From positions 1-64,000 of the IMG/VR virus record IMGVR_UViG_3300030060_002740: 64,000 bases of DNA. The stretch is one strand, 5' to 3'. Of this stretch, positions 21,737-32,193 are shown one piece after another. This DNA is from a virus. Positions within the stretch are counted from its first letter, which is position 1. Each line of letters starts with the position of its first letter. The notes under the pieces were generated by a model. The model had not been told where the DNA came from. It searched no databases and worked only from the letters and a program-made list of their open reading frames with translations. A program made the translations under genes and the position numbers.

Positions 21737-22334
21737 TCTCCATTATCATTAATTCATCTAACCAATTATCATCATTGTCTTCATCAACATCTACTACATC
21801 TTTCTGCATTCTTTTTAAGAAAAAAGAGTCCTCTGGTTTTCTTCCAGTGTAATTCTCATAACACCTTGGACAAGTAAAGGTTCTGTTGAAATACCTCACT
21901 ATACCTTTTTTACTAATTTCTACCTTTACATTGATTGGAATCCCACAATCAAAACAAGATACTTTACTAATCTTATTATCTAATTTAATATACACTTTTT
22001 TAGCATACTTATCCTTAATGTCTGCTTTCCAACGACCCTTTACTATAATTGATGGCGCATTTGTAGTTCTGTAATCTTCAATTGCTAATCTAAGTATTCG
22101 TCTAAAGAAGGTAGTGTCTCCATATCTATTCTTTCTAGATACTCCAACTTTCTCACTTTTTGAAGCCTTCACGTCTTTTAACAAATGTGGTGGTAACGGA
22201 ACTATGTAATCCATCACATCATCCATAATAAAAGGAACACCATACGGATATTTGTTCAAGAAGGTAAGTAGTGCCTCTTTACATTTATCATGGTTATAGC
22301 GAGTAGTTGCTCCATATGTCCCCATTAGAGCCAC
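21714..22334 (-). CDS. Hypothetical zinc-ribbon protein
   Basis: CFDC...CPRC; acidic tail. Confidence 0.5.
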   Translation of the reverse strand: MALMGTYGATTRYNHDKCKEALLTFLNKYPYGVPFIMDDVMDYIVPLPPHLLKDVKASKSEKVGVSRKNRYGDTTFFRRILRLAIEDYRTTNAPSIIVKGRWKADIKDKYAKKVYIKLDNKISKVSCFDCGIPINVKVEISKKGIVRYFNRTFTCPRCYENYTGRKPEDSFFLKRMQKDVVDVDEDNDDNWLDELMIMENDENVMD

Positions 22335-23176
22335 GCTCCTAATCCCTGTTGTGGAACAATTCTATCTGTTTTCTTTCTCCTTTTCTTTTCGCCTAAGTTT
22401 AGAAGTCTACACTCTGCGTTATTGTATTTGGTTTTAGCAAACTGCTTAAAACTTTCATCTTTCAATAAGTCCATTAACAGATAAGACTCTTTAGGTTTTA
22501 ATCCAACTCTTCTCGATAGACTTGGCAACTTAGAATAGGAACCGCGCTTAGGCATTTCCATCTTTCTAGCCATTCTACCATCATGTGAATACGCTAACAG
22601 TTCATAGAAATAATCATTTGACCATCTTCTCTTAACTGAGAAATCAACGAATGATAATCTGTTAGGATGCAAGTTAGGAGCAAGCCAAGATAGCAAATGA
22701 ATATCTGATGGCTTAGATAACTTCAGCATCGTTGCAACTTCATCTCTATCATAGTTCTTCAGATACTCTCTAACCATAGGATAGATATCAATATCAAACT
22801 CCTTTGGTTCATCTGCTCTTGATGTTTCAACATCATGTTCTATCTTCTTACTCGCTCTTTTCAGTTGGCATAATGAGAACAAGTCTTTTGGTACTGACTT
22901 CTGGTTATCAGAAATCAATATCACTTGACCCCTGTACTCTAACAGAGTCTTCTTTATTAAATCAGTATTAGGCTTGTAGTGAACCTCGTCAATTATTATT
23001 CCTCTTTCTTTAGGAATGCTAAAGTTGTCTTCTATATCATATTCATTAGCAAACATCACTATTGCATCTTCTGATACAAATGACTTAGCCCTCTTCATTT
23101 TATCTAATGAAGCATTGCCTACTACAATCATAGGTTTAGTTTTCTTGTGTTCCATTGCCGTTTTTATTAGACTCAT
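22325..23176 (-). CDS. Degenerate RFC large-subunit-like protein (putative)
   Basis: Eroded Walker A (IVVGNASLDK), IIIDEVH Walker B, C-terminal PIP-like QQGLGAWL. Confidence 0.5.
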   Translation of the reverse strand: MSLIKTAMEHKKTKPMIVVGNASLDKMKRAKSFVSEDAIVMFANEYDIEDNFSIPKERGIIIDEVHYKPNTDLIKKTLLEYRGQVILISDNQKSVPKDLFSLCQLKRASKKIEHDVETSRADEPKEFDIDIYPMVREYLKNYDRDEVATMLKLSKPSDIHLLSWLAPNLHPNRLSFVDFSVKRRWSNDYFYELLAYSHDGRMARKMEMPKRGSYSKLPSLSRRVGLKPKESYLLMDLLKDESFKQFAKTKYNNAECRLLNLGEKKRRKKTDRIVPQQGLGAWL

Positions 23177-23477
23177 TTATTCTCACTTCCAATATTTCCT
23201 TATAATTAGTATTGCAGTCTTTGCAACTTATCATGGCTACATACCATAATAATTCATTTTCTTCTTGTATGCCTATTTCGTATCCGAATGTTTTACTTCC
23301 ACATTCTCTACAACCATCAAATTGTAATCTAATAATATGATGTGTTGCTATCTCTTCTTCATTCATGTGTTCTGTTTCTGTACCTTCCAAGTCACGTTTC
23401 AGTAATTGGTTTCTACAAACAGTGCATAAATGAGAATATGATGCAGTATGGTTCCTATTACAACGAGAGCAAATCAT
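23136..23477 (-). CDS. Double zinc-finger protein
   Basis: Four CxxC pairs. Confidence 0.55.
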   Translation of the reverse strand: MICSRCNRNHTASYSHLCTVCRNQLLKRDLEGTETEHMNEEEIATHHIIRLQFDGCRECGSKTFGYEIGIQEENELLWYVAMISCKDCNTNYKEILEVRINESNKNGNGTQEN

Positions 23478-23956
23478 TCAATTAGCCCCTTGAGTCGGAA
23501 TACTTCATCTAAACCTTTAGCAGTCAAATGCTTTTTAGTTTCAACATTCATTAGAATTAGTAGAAAGGTAAGCCACGTTTCTTTACTATCTTCTTTACCT
23601 GCATAGATAATATTGCTTTCATCTAAAGCATCTTGTAAGTAAGACTGTTGAAAATTACGTATTTGCTCTATTCTACCTATTCTAAGGATGGGTCTTGGTC
23701 TAACCTTTGACTCAAACTCCTTTAATGTAGAATAGATTCCATTTTGTGTGAAAACTCTCTGCAATTTGCTAAGTAGAAACATATCTCCTCTAAAATCAAT
23801 AGAGAGTTTGACTTTGTAGCCTAAATCGTGACGACTATCTTTGTTTATCCTGACTATTGGCTTGGCTAACACCGCACATATTCCTGATACTGCGTCTTTA
23901 TTCAGCCCTTCAACCGATATCAAGTTCCACATAGCACTTCGTAGGCAATTTAGCAC
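23474..23956 (-). CDS. LAGLIDADG-derived protein lacking catalytic acidic residues
   Basis: LGYKVKLSIDF and KKHLTAKGLDEV match single-motif LAGLIDADG proteins; the motif helix reads AVSGICAVLA. Confidence 0.55.
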   Translation of the reverse strand: MLNCLRSAMWNLISVEGLNKDAVSGICAVLAKPIVRINKDSRHDLGYKVKLSIDFRGDMFLLSKLQRVFTQNGIYSTLKEFESKVRPRPILRIGRIEQIRNFQQSYLQDALDESNIIYAGKEDSKETWLTFLLILMNVETKKHLTAKGLDEVFRLKGLIE

Positions 23957-23969
23957 ATAATAATTTGCC

Positions 23970-25526
23970 CTAAGACATCATTTGTATGTCTAAAATCGAG
24001 TTACAGTCTTTCGGGAACTTGTCATTGCGTATCTTTACGACTCTCGGAAATCGTAGTCCATACTCACCTTCACTATCTTGAGTAATAACATCACAAGTAA
24101 CCTCAAGAACTATTCTCGGTAAGATATGGAATGTATCTCCTGAATACTTCTCTACTACTTTCTTCAACTCGGTTGTAAGATATGCTAAATCACCATCAGA
24201 CAGTCCTGTTCCTACTGAGCCAACTGACTTGTAGCCACTAGATGAGGATGAATCCAGTACAGATATACCAAACGTACCAAACACGTTTCTTCTCTTGCCG
24301 TCACCATATTGAGCAGATGTAATTACAACATCCAAATCAATTCGTGGTGGTTTATGTTTTACCATAGCAGAAGTTCTTTTTCCCGCCTGATACGTTGCTC
24401 CTAAATCTTTAATCATAATTCCCTCAAAGCCATCGTTGATAGCCATATTGTATGCTCTTTCAACATCACCGTCAGTATATGCTCTAACTCTATTCCACGA
24501 AGGGAAGTCAGGTAAGTGCATTAGCCTCTCACGGTATGTCTGTTCGATTAATGGTACATCCATATAATGTAGGATATCAAATATTACCATATGAACTGGA
24601 CAATCTTCAACTGCTTTTTCAATGTCTTTAGAGTGTACTCTTGTTGCTAGTTTCTTATGTTCAGCCGGAACATCGGAACCTACGCGAACAACTGGATATA
24701 TCTCAGTATCTAATATGAAGTTAGAGGCATTGAATCTCTTCGCTAACTCTACGATATCAGGATATTGATATGTTACAATCTTACCTTTACGATTGAATAT
24801 AATTACACTATCCCTATCTCTATGAATTTGATATCTATTACCATCATACTTGACATCTATGATGTAGTCATTAGGTAACTTGTAGGGTGATTCGTGCTTC
24901 TTCGCTAAAGAACATGGGATGAACTTACCAACGCCTGTCATACAGGGTGGTTCATTTCCGTTTGATAGGTATCTGTATATCTCAACAGGACTATGATATT
25001 TCACATACTTTTTGATGTCTGAGTTGGGATATCTCCTTTTCAGAAGTCTTTCCACTGCCTTTTCACCTATGCCGTTTCTTGGGCTTCTCAACCAATATCT
25101 CAAAAACCACTTCAATTCAAGAGCAGACATAACATTTGTTCTTTCTTGAAAGACTGAGTAGGCATCACTATTGATAGAGGAACAGTCTGTGATTAACAGA
25201 CTATGAAGTTCCTTCAATGTTATATTAGAATCAACAGTGAACTCATCAGATAGAAACTGCATCATGCCTTCTGATAAATCCCCCCAAACATCTGCTTGTG
25301 TTTTTACTTCATCTTCAAACATACCAAAGGAATTAGCAATCCATGTTATTGCTCTTTTCTGACCAATGTTGTTCACTTCATATTCCAAAGATAATATCTC
25401 AAGAAGAATATGGGGGTCTTTGAAGGCGTTCAATGATTCGTCTATAATACGAATCTTGTCTACTGTTCTATTTTGTTGTTCTATTGCTTCACTCATTCTT
25501 GCAAATCTAATCAGACTCATTCTCAT
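23970..25526 (-). CDS. lig: ATP-dependent DNA ligase (replication module)
   Basis: KYDGNR, ILDTE, FDIL, EGIMIK, VGSVGTG, LRFPR. Confidence 0.95.
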   Translation of the reverse strand: MRMSLIRFARMSEAIEQQNRTVDKIRIIDESLNAFKDPHILLEILSLEYEVNNIGQKRAITWIANSFGMFEDEVKTQADVWGDLSEGMMQFLSDEFTVDSNITLKELHSLLITDCSSINSDAYSVFQERTNVMSALELKWFLRYWLRSPRNGIGEKAVERLLKRRYPNSDIKKYVKYHSPVEIYRYLSNGNEPPCMTGVGKFIPCSLAKKHESPYKLPNDYIIDVKYDGNRYQIHRDRDSVIIFNRKGKIVTYQYPDIVELAKRFNASNFILDTEIYPVVRVGSDVPAEHKKLATRVHSKDIEKAVEDCPVHMVIFDILHYMDVPLIEQTYRERLMHLPDFPSWNRVRAYTDGDVERAYNMAINDGFEGIMIKDLGATYQAGKRTSAMVKHKPPRIDLDVVITSAQYGDGKRRNVFGTFGISVLDSSSSSGYKSVGSVGTGLSDGDLAYLTTELKKVVEKYSGDTFHILPRIVLEVTCDVITQDSEGEYGLRFPRVVKIRNDKFPKDCNSILDIQMMS

Positions 25527-25731
25527 TCACCTTATTTTTTATTTTTATTAACGCTTTCAACAATGTGTCTAATTCACCCATGTTGATTCTAATACCCTTT
25601 TTGGTGGGCTTACCATCACTATACCATCTAACATCTACAACTTCTGTCTTCCAGTAATTACCTTTTTTAATCTGTAATTCAGTTGTAGCGTTTCTTGGTA
25701 TTCTTGCTATTGTTTCAAATTTATCACTCAT
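25507..25731 (-). CDS. PC4-like ssDNA-binding protein
   Basis: VDVRWY...KPTKKGIRI signature. Confidence 0.75.
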   Translation of the reverse strand: MSDKFETIARIPRNATTELQIKKGNYWKTEVVDVRWYSDGKPTKKGIRINMGELDTLLKALIKIKNKVNENESD

Positions 25732-26129
25732 TCATACCATCCTTCCTTAAATCTATTCAAATCTTTCAAACTGGTAAAAGTCCTAATTCCTTCTACATCA
25801 TCTACTCTTGTAGCAATATAGACAACACCCCCAATACTACTTATCTTAATTATCTCATAAGTCCTATTTTCAGGATGCTCAAATACTTCCATCGTTTCTA
25901 CTTCGGGAACTAACCCGTAAGTTTTTGATAACTCAGAACTAATTGATGATAAGTTGTTTGCTATGTACTTTAGAATTAATCCTTTCTGTATGGGTACTTT
26001 GGCATCAACAGTTACTTTGATTTTACCCGTCATATCACAGACAACGCATTTATTCCCTAAACAGATAGGACATTCTATTTCCGCAGGTAGCGGGGCAGGG
26101 AATTGAACAGTTACCGCAGGTTTACTCAT
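25728..26129 (-). CDS. Hypothetical protein with DnaJ-like Zn knuckle
   Basis: CPICLG..CVVCDMTG. Confidence 0.5.
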   Translation of the reverse strand: MSKPAVTVQFPAPLPAEIECPICLGNKCVVCDMTGKIKVTVDAKVPIQKGLILKYIANNLSSISSELSKTYGLVPEVETMEVFEHPENRTYEIIKISSIGGVVYIATRVDDVEGIRTFTSLKDLNRFKEGWYE

Positions 26130-26599
26130 TCTCTACCATTCCATACACGATATGTTGCACTGTAATCAACAGTAACATCAAACGGATAAGATGGGAATAC
26201 CAAAGAAACATTTCCGAACCCAAGTGCAAAACCACTATTCCAAGTGTAACTTAGATTGTCTATGGTTTGGTGGTAGTATCCTGAGATATCATAAGAGTAA
26301 TTATTGAATATAACAGTATTGTTTACTATGTCAAAACTAAGATGGGTCATATTGTACGTAAAGTCCCCACACTCAATAAAACCGTATGTAGTGTTGGTAT
26401 CCAACCAAACTGTTTCGTATGTTGTGTTATTCATATCCTCATGTAAGTATGTGAAAGAACCTGTTACTGTAACCCAATCGGGTTCAGTGGATACAACTTC
26501 CTCCTCAAACACTTCATCAGGGTCAGGTATAGTACAACCCGCTAGTAAAACTGATATCATCAGTAAAGCCATTGCTTTCTTCATTGAAATCACTCCCAA
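26126..26599 (-). CDS. Predicted lipoprotein
   Basis: MKKAMALLMISVLLAGC lipobox; multiple N-x-T/S sequons. Confidence 0.7.
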   Translation of the reverse strand: MGVISMKKAMALLMISVLLAGCTIPDPDEVFEEEVVSTEPDWVTVTGSFTYLHEDMNNTTYETVWLDTNTTYGFIECGDFTYNMTHLSFDIVNNTVIFNNYSYDISGYYHQTIDNLSYTWNSGFALGFGNVSLVFPSYPFDVTVDYSATYRVWNGRE

Positions 26600-27361
26600 T
26601 TGTTGTGTTCTTCGTGTGGGTCATGTGCTTCTTGTGTTTGATGAATAAAGGATGGGTCTACTGTTTCTGTTTCAGGTTCGGCATACAATGCTGCCTCTAA
26701 CAGATGTGTAATAACTTCCTTTACAGTCTTTCCTTCATCCAATGATATTTGGACTATTTCTTCAAACATTTCATTTCTTTCCAGTTCAATCTTAAACATC
26801 TTCATATTTCTTCATCTCCGTAAAACTCGTCTATTGATGGCTCAGACTCGCTACCAAAGGCAATCTCCCCCTGCACATGAAGGTTATCATTCTTTTTCTC
26901 CTTCGCCAAATCCTTCTCATGTTGTATTTCCATCATAATAACGAATGCTCTTTCTAGTTTTTTGTTGCTAAAATCAATGGGTTCGCCATTGTTACGCATA
27001 CAATTGTCAAGTAATCCACGCATATAGAATACTAATCCGGCTAATTCCTTATTTTCATTGACTAAGGTTTTAACTCCCTTAGCAAGACTTGTTGCATTTT
27101 CTACTATTGTCTGTCCTTCGGTTTTCATACTATCTTCTTCCTATCAAGCGTGTAGTCTGCTATATCTAACAGTGCTATACCTTCCTTATCTGCAATGTAT
27201 TGTCCAGTATCTCTAATCATGTCATACAACTTACCCAAGTTACTACCGATACGGAAGATTTCTTCGTAATCACTTTCAATACTGATAATTCTGGTTTCCA
27301 ATTCTTTCACTTTCAATTCTAGGTCTTCTATTCTTTTGTTATACATATCTCTATCCTCCAT
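26590..27361 (-). CDS. Three small hypothetical proteins (26590-26805, 26802-27128, 27125-27361)
   Basis: ATGA-coupled ORFs on the operon strand. Confidence 0.5.
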
Positions 27362-27363
27362 TC

Positions 27364-27867
27364 TTACTCTTCCTCCTGATGTTTCTCAGGGTCTTGCTCT
27401 AATAATCCATAATACACTTTCTTCGCACGAATTGTTTCAGGCTCGTATGCCAAATACTGATTATCCCCAATAACAATTGCAGACTTTAGTATGGGCTTCC
27501 ATGTCTTGATTGTCTTCCAGTCCGTTCCACTAAAATAAGCCTCACCAAACGGATGAGTATGAATCCAACACTTAATCGGTATTCTCATTGGTGAACCGTT
27601 AACTAACTCATCCTCATGTCCCTCAAAGGATACGAATGATGCTGAACCACTGCTGATATACAAATCGTCTTTGTCGTCAACAATAACTTGTACTTCTTTA
27701 TCTCCAAGTATCTCGGTTGACATCTTCCATATAGCCCAAATGAACGCTTCTGTTTCGTTGTTTGGGTAAAGGAACTCCGCCTTATCTTTGATATCCACAA
27801 AGACTTCTCTGATATGTCCCTTCCAATCAAACTCTTCTTGTTCTTCTAATTTTATTTCTTCTTCCAT
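27364..27867 (-). CDS. JAB/MPN+ metallopeptidase (deubiquitinase-like)
   Basis: E...WIHTHPFGEAYFSGTD fits the JAMM E-xn-HxH-x7-S-x2-D motif. Confidence 0.85.
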   Translation of the reverse strand: MEEEIKLEEQEEFDWKGHIREVFVDIKDKAEFLYPNNETEAFIWAIWKMSTEILGDKEVQVIVDDKDDLYISSGSASFVSFEGHEDELVNGSPMRIPIKCWIHTHPFGEAYFSGTDWKTIKTWKPILKSAIVIGDNQYLAYEPETIRAKKVYYGLLEQDPEKHQEEE

Positions 27868-28019
27868 ATTTATTCCTCTTCTATTTTTTTCATTTTTGCT
27901 GACGTTTTCTCCAATTGAATCCAATCGGAAAACGTTAGACTTTGATTTATTGTTCCATCAAGTAACGCTTGTTCGTAAGAATCACGCATTTCTTGAAACC
28001 TTCTGCCCATCTTCCCCAT

Positions 28020-29068
28020 TCAAGCACCACCCATTTCTTCGGCTATCAAATCTTGAGCATTCTCAAACTCATGATATGCTTTGTGACCTGCAATGAAACC
28101 ACCTGCATGTCTTTTCGTTCCTAAGAACTCTTCACCGCAAACGGGACAAGTAACCTTTACTATCTCTGCTTGCTCATAAAATCCATCAGTGGATATTGCA
28201 GTTATCATTTCGCCTATCATTTCTTCGTCTAAATTATCTATTTCTTCACTCATAATTTCACCTTTAGGTAATGTCTCAGTGGTTTTATTGCTTTAGGTGT
28301 AGAGACAACTTCCTTCACCTTCTCCTGTTTTGGTACGGAGATGCCGGAGAGAACTCTCCTTCTATACTGTTCCTTCCACATCACTTGAACACAGTCATTG
28401 CAGAACCTTCTGCTATCTGCCAAGTGTTCGGGAACAGGCTCATCCTCTTTACCACAAAGAGTCTTTCCTAGTATTGAGAAGTGAATGTACTTCACTCCTC
28501 CTCCTCCATCTTAATCTTTACATCTTTTATCTCTCTAACTAACCACTTCACAGTAGCAGAGTCAACATCTCTTCTATTGACTATGTTCAGAGCCTTTTCC
28601 AATCCTCTTAGTTTACCCATGAGATAGAACTTGTAGTCAGGAGTCAAGACATAGCCCTCCTCAATCTCTCCGGTAGAACGACTTCATTCTGACACTTATC
28701 ACAACATCTACCAACTACAATCGGTTCTGCATTGTGTCCATCTGCCCAATAGGGAGTTCCATCTTCCTTGTAGTGGATATCAATGGGTTTTCCACAGATA
28801 TCACATGTCTTCATCTCAATCTTCATTCTTCTTTCCCCCTATATGCCGGATGTTTCTTTGGTAAACGGTGTAGTCTACTTGTGATTAGTTTCTGCATTTG
28901 ACGAGCAATCTCACCACTTCCATCTTCCCAACGCTTTACCAATCTAGGGTACTTATCATCTTCTTTGTATTGATGTACCATCTTCTCCTCTAACTCAGAC
29001 AAGTCAATCTTATCCATTAGATGTTTAAGCACTTCATACTCAACGTGAATCTTTGAACCTGCTCTCAT
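28020..29068 (-). CDS. Cluster of small proteins, three with Zn-binding motifs (28020-28253, 28250-28495, 28644-28826, 28823-29068)
   Basis: CPVC...H..H (C2H2-like); H..C..CNDC; CDIC...H...CCDKC. Confidence 0.55.
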
Positions 29069-29655
29069 ACGTTCAACACCATCTTATCTGCAACATTCTC
29101 ATTATCAATGAACCATCTTTGAATCCACTGAGAAGCAACACCTGCAATTGCAATCTGCATACAGTTCACTTGTTCAGCACTACCATCCCAATCTCCACCT
29201 TGACAGGAGAAAGAACCTTCTGAACCTGCTAACAAATCATCAACTAGATTCTCGTTGACCTTGTAAGAGATTAGTGCGGCGTTTCTGCCTTGCGCTCTCA
29301 AATCTAACCACTTGAGTTTAGCGTCATCACCGTATCCTTGACGGTACAACATTCTTCTTACGGCTAAGTTATCTGCACAACAGATTACCAAATCATATCC
29401 TTTCAGTTGCTTTTCGACTAAAACCAAAAAGGGCTGTTCATCTACTAATTTCAACCCATTGACCTTCAATCTTTCATTGACGGCACTTACTTTGGTTTGA
29501 CCCACTGTATCGGGGATGTAGTTCTGATATGTCAGATTCTTCTCTTCTAACTTATCATCGTCAAATACTGTTATGTCGTATATTCCTATGCGGGAAAGGG
29601 AGTCAATCAAATAACTACCAATTCCACCTGCTCCTATTATCATTATCTTTCTCAT
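29065..29655 (-). CDS. ThiF/MoeB/E1-like adenylating enzyme
   Basis: IIGAGGIGS, FDDDKLEEKNLTYQ, GQTKV, DLVICCADN; candidate catalytic Cys in SFSCQ. Confidence 0.9.
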   Translation of the reverse strand: MRKIMIIGAGGIGSYLIDSLSRIGIYDITVFDDDKLEEKNLTYQNYIPDTVGQTKVSAVNERLKVNGLKLVDEQPFLVLVEKQLKGYDLVICCADNLAVRRMLYRQGYGDDAKLKWLDLRAQGRNAALISYKVNENLVDDLLAGSEGSFSCQGGDWDGSAEQVNCMQIAIAGVASQWIQRWFIDNENVADKMVLNV

Positions 29656-29664
29656 TTTTATTCC

Positions 29665-30576
29665 TCAAATTACTATTGCATTTTGCATTATATCATTCAA
29701 TCCATATAGATGAATGTTCTTTCTTTCTATTCCCAACATCTCACAAATAATATCAGTGTGATTACGTAGTGTTACCTCTGATACACTGAAATGTTGCTTT
29801 ACGTCTATTTGCCTTATCGGTGTGTTAGTCAGTTTACCTACCATCCACAGTGTTGTTGCTAATTGGCTATCGGCAAACCTCAAATCTCTTTCATTGTATT
29901 TGTTCTGAATAAACTCAACGAAATTGAAGTAGTCTCTTCTATCTTTAACCGACTGATAGTTTGATTCAAACCAATCCAAGAACCCCGTCACCATGTTGTG
30001 TATATCTCTTTCAGCAAAGATATGTGACTTCCTGTAAAACTTGGCAACCTTCTTTGCTATTCTTGAAACCCTTCTCATCTCTATACCGCTTGTCTTAACA
30101 AAGTCCTTCAATGAAACATTGCCATTATCCATCAACATGAAATATGCTAAACCTGCTGCCCTGTCATCTATCGAATGCCCCCGAAATATCTGATGTTGCA
30201 TTAGCCGTTGGTATAGGTATATTACATGGTCAACGTCTATTGCATCACCACTCTTGTAAGGAGACATGAACATAACACACAAACGATGTGCTTGAGCATC
30301 GGTTTTACTATGGTACTGTTTATCTGAAACAACTCTTCTTTGAAGTTTAGATAGCATATGCTTTCTTGTCAGTATGTTCTGCTCGTTGAAATTACCGACA
30401 AATGACCCCAAGGTTCTGTTATTATCAATAGAGTGTGTAAATTCACTGTTATGTGTTGCACGAACAGTCTCCTCAAACATATCGCAATTCAAGACTAAAC
30501 CACAATCAGAACATATTGTATATCCTAATCGCTCATCGAACTCAGACGAGTTTGAACCGCACTCCGAACACTTCAT
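29665..30576 (-). CDS. tfb: Transcription factor B (TFIIB)-like protein
   Basis: CSECG...GYTICSDCGLV zinc ribbon; cyclin-fold repeats; C-terminal HTH VSEVTLRN. Confidence 0.85.
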   Translation of the reverse strand: MKCSECGSNSSEFDERLGYTICSDCGLVLNCDMFEETVRATHNSEFTHSIDNNRTLGSFVGNFNEQNILTRKHMLSKLQRRVVSDKQYHSKTDAQAHRLCVMFMSPYKSGDAIDVDHVIYLYQRLMQHQIFRGHSIDDRAAGLAYFMLMDNGNVSLKDFVKTSGIEMRRVSRIAKKVAKFYRKSHIFAERDIHNMVTGFLDWFESNYQSVKDRRDYFNFVEFIQNKYNERDLRFADSQLATTLWMVGKLTNTPIRQIDVKQHFSVSEVTLRNHTDIICEMLGIERKNIHLYGLNDIMQNAIVI

Positions 30577-31889
30577 TTTGAAGCCTCCCTTTTGCGAGCG
30601 ATGTATAGGTTTTCCTTCTCTCTAGTCCAAGACTTGAGTTTTGACATATCTAAACGATATTCAGGGTCTTCTCCACGTTTAACTGCTGAATCCACGTGAG
30701 TTCTTATAGTGTATATTTGTTTAGCAGATGAAACATCATTCATCAAAGCCAATGCTCTTGCAGTTAGTTGGTCGCCAATGCTTGAGTTCCTATGGATGTT
30801 ATCAATACAGATAGAACCACTAAGAGCATGTCCTTTCCAAGAACCTGATTTGTTGGCTTGACCTTCAACCATTTTACCAATCATGTATGTGTTAACATTC
30901 TGATGTCCTTGCTTCATTCCCCTTTTCTCGTCAACAACAACCCAATCTGCAACCTTGCCTCTAACAAAGAGAGCCTTGTTCAATGGATTCCTAAACTGAA
31001 CTAGGCGAATCTGAGGGTATTCCGCATCCATCTCATGTAGTAACTGTGTTGCTCTATCCTCAACCATGTCCTGTTTCCTGTTTTGCATTAACCATGCTAC
31101 ACAGAGTTTGTTCTGAACATCAGTTGGTGGTTGACCCATAAGCAGTCTCCATAACTTAGCGGGTGTTGCTCTATACCAAACCTTAGATTTAGATTGATTG
31201 TGTCTGAAAGTGTTCAAAAACACATTCAAATCCTTTAGTGTGATAGCACCCCACACACCTTCTGAAATCTCCAAAGCACATTCATCATTGCTAATCAATT
31301 TTGTATTGATTAACACTTCTTGTCTTGTTCCTTCACTGTAAAAGTGATAGGGTGAACGGTTCTCAATAGCATGAAGAACATTAGGTGGGAAATGTATAAC
31401 CTTCTCGATGTAGTCATCCATTGTGTCTACATTACGAACAAATGCTCCCCTCATGATTATCTTAGCAAGAGTAACTGCCAAATCCTTCTTTGGTATTCTC
31501 TTACCATCTATGTGATGTTGTGTTCCCTTTCTACCGTATACAATGAAACACTCTCCATCTCTGTACTTGAATCCCATAGTACACATGTAATTGTCATTGT
31601 TGGTTTTAGGAATGAGGTTCATTGCAACACTATCCGCAAGTATCTTCTGAACAGGATTATCGTATTTACCATGTTCTAGGGATGGTCTTGACGATTGAAG
31701 TGAAAACTCACCAAATTGATTCAGGTTACTTGGTTTGTATCTTACTCTGCTTTGACCATCAACTGTACGACTCACACCCGCTCTATACAAGGATGTAAAG
31801 TGTTTCTTCTGTCCTGTTCTGAACAAGAAACTACTTGTCACCCAACCCTTTTCGTCGCCTATTGATGGGATTCTGTATTTTATTTTCAT
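30573..31889 (-). CDS. Protein with C-terminal E2/UBC-like domain (putative)
   Basis: HQNV...GSICIDNI resembles E2 HPN(V/I)...GxICLD (Cys codon at 30807-30809); same operon as E1, JAB and Ubl. Confidence 0.5.
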   Translation of the reverse strand: MKIKYRIPSIGDEKGWVTSSFLFRTGQKKHFTSLYRAGVSRTVDGQSRVRYKPSNLNQFGEFSLQSSRPSLEHGKYDNPVQKILADSVAMNLIPKTNNDNYMCTMGFKYRDGECFIVYGRKGTQHHIDGKRIPKKDLAVTLAKIIMRGAFVRNVDTMDDYIEKVIHFPPNVLHAIENRSPYHFYSEGTRQEVLINTKLISNDECALEISEGVWGAITLKDLNVFLNTFRHNQSKSKVWYRATPAKLWRLLMGQPPTDVQNKLCVAWLMQNRKQDMVEDRATQLLHEMDAEYPQIRLVQFRNPLNKALFVRGKVADWVVVDEKRGMKQGHQNVNTYMIGKMVEGQANKSGSWKGHALSGSICIDNIHRNSSIGDQLTARALALMNDVSSAKQIYTIRTHVDSAVKRGEDPEYRLDMSKLKSWTREKENLYIARKREASK

Positions 31890-32193
31890 TATTATTTTCC
31901 TCCTTTTTCCAAAATTCTGTATCGCCATAATTGTGATGATACCAACAATCTCTTTCGATTGCTTCTGCAAGTTCTTCCATTGATTTGAAGGTTGAATGAC
32001 CTCCAATAATGATACGTTTCATACCTCTGTAAAGATATCTGTAAGTACATTGACCCGTCTTATACAGGGTAAATTTACGATGTAGTTGCGATACTTGCGG
32101 AACGCCAATACAACTTTCTTTCATTCTATTTTCATAGAAGACAAAATCTCTTGGTTTGATTAGTATTTCAGATTTCACAAACTCCACCGGCAC
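31831..32193 (-). CDS. Hypothetical protein
   Basis: ORF on the operon strand; start uncertain. Confidence 0.4.
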   Translation of the reverse strand: MPVEFVKSEILIKPRDFVFYENRMKESCIGVPQVSQLHRKFTLYKTGQCTYRYLYRGMKRIIIGGHSTFKSMEELAEAIERDCWYHHNYGDTEFWKKEENNNENKIQNPINRRRKGLGDK

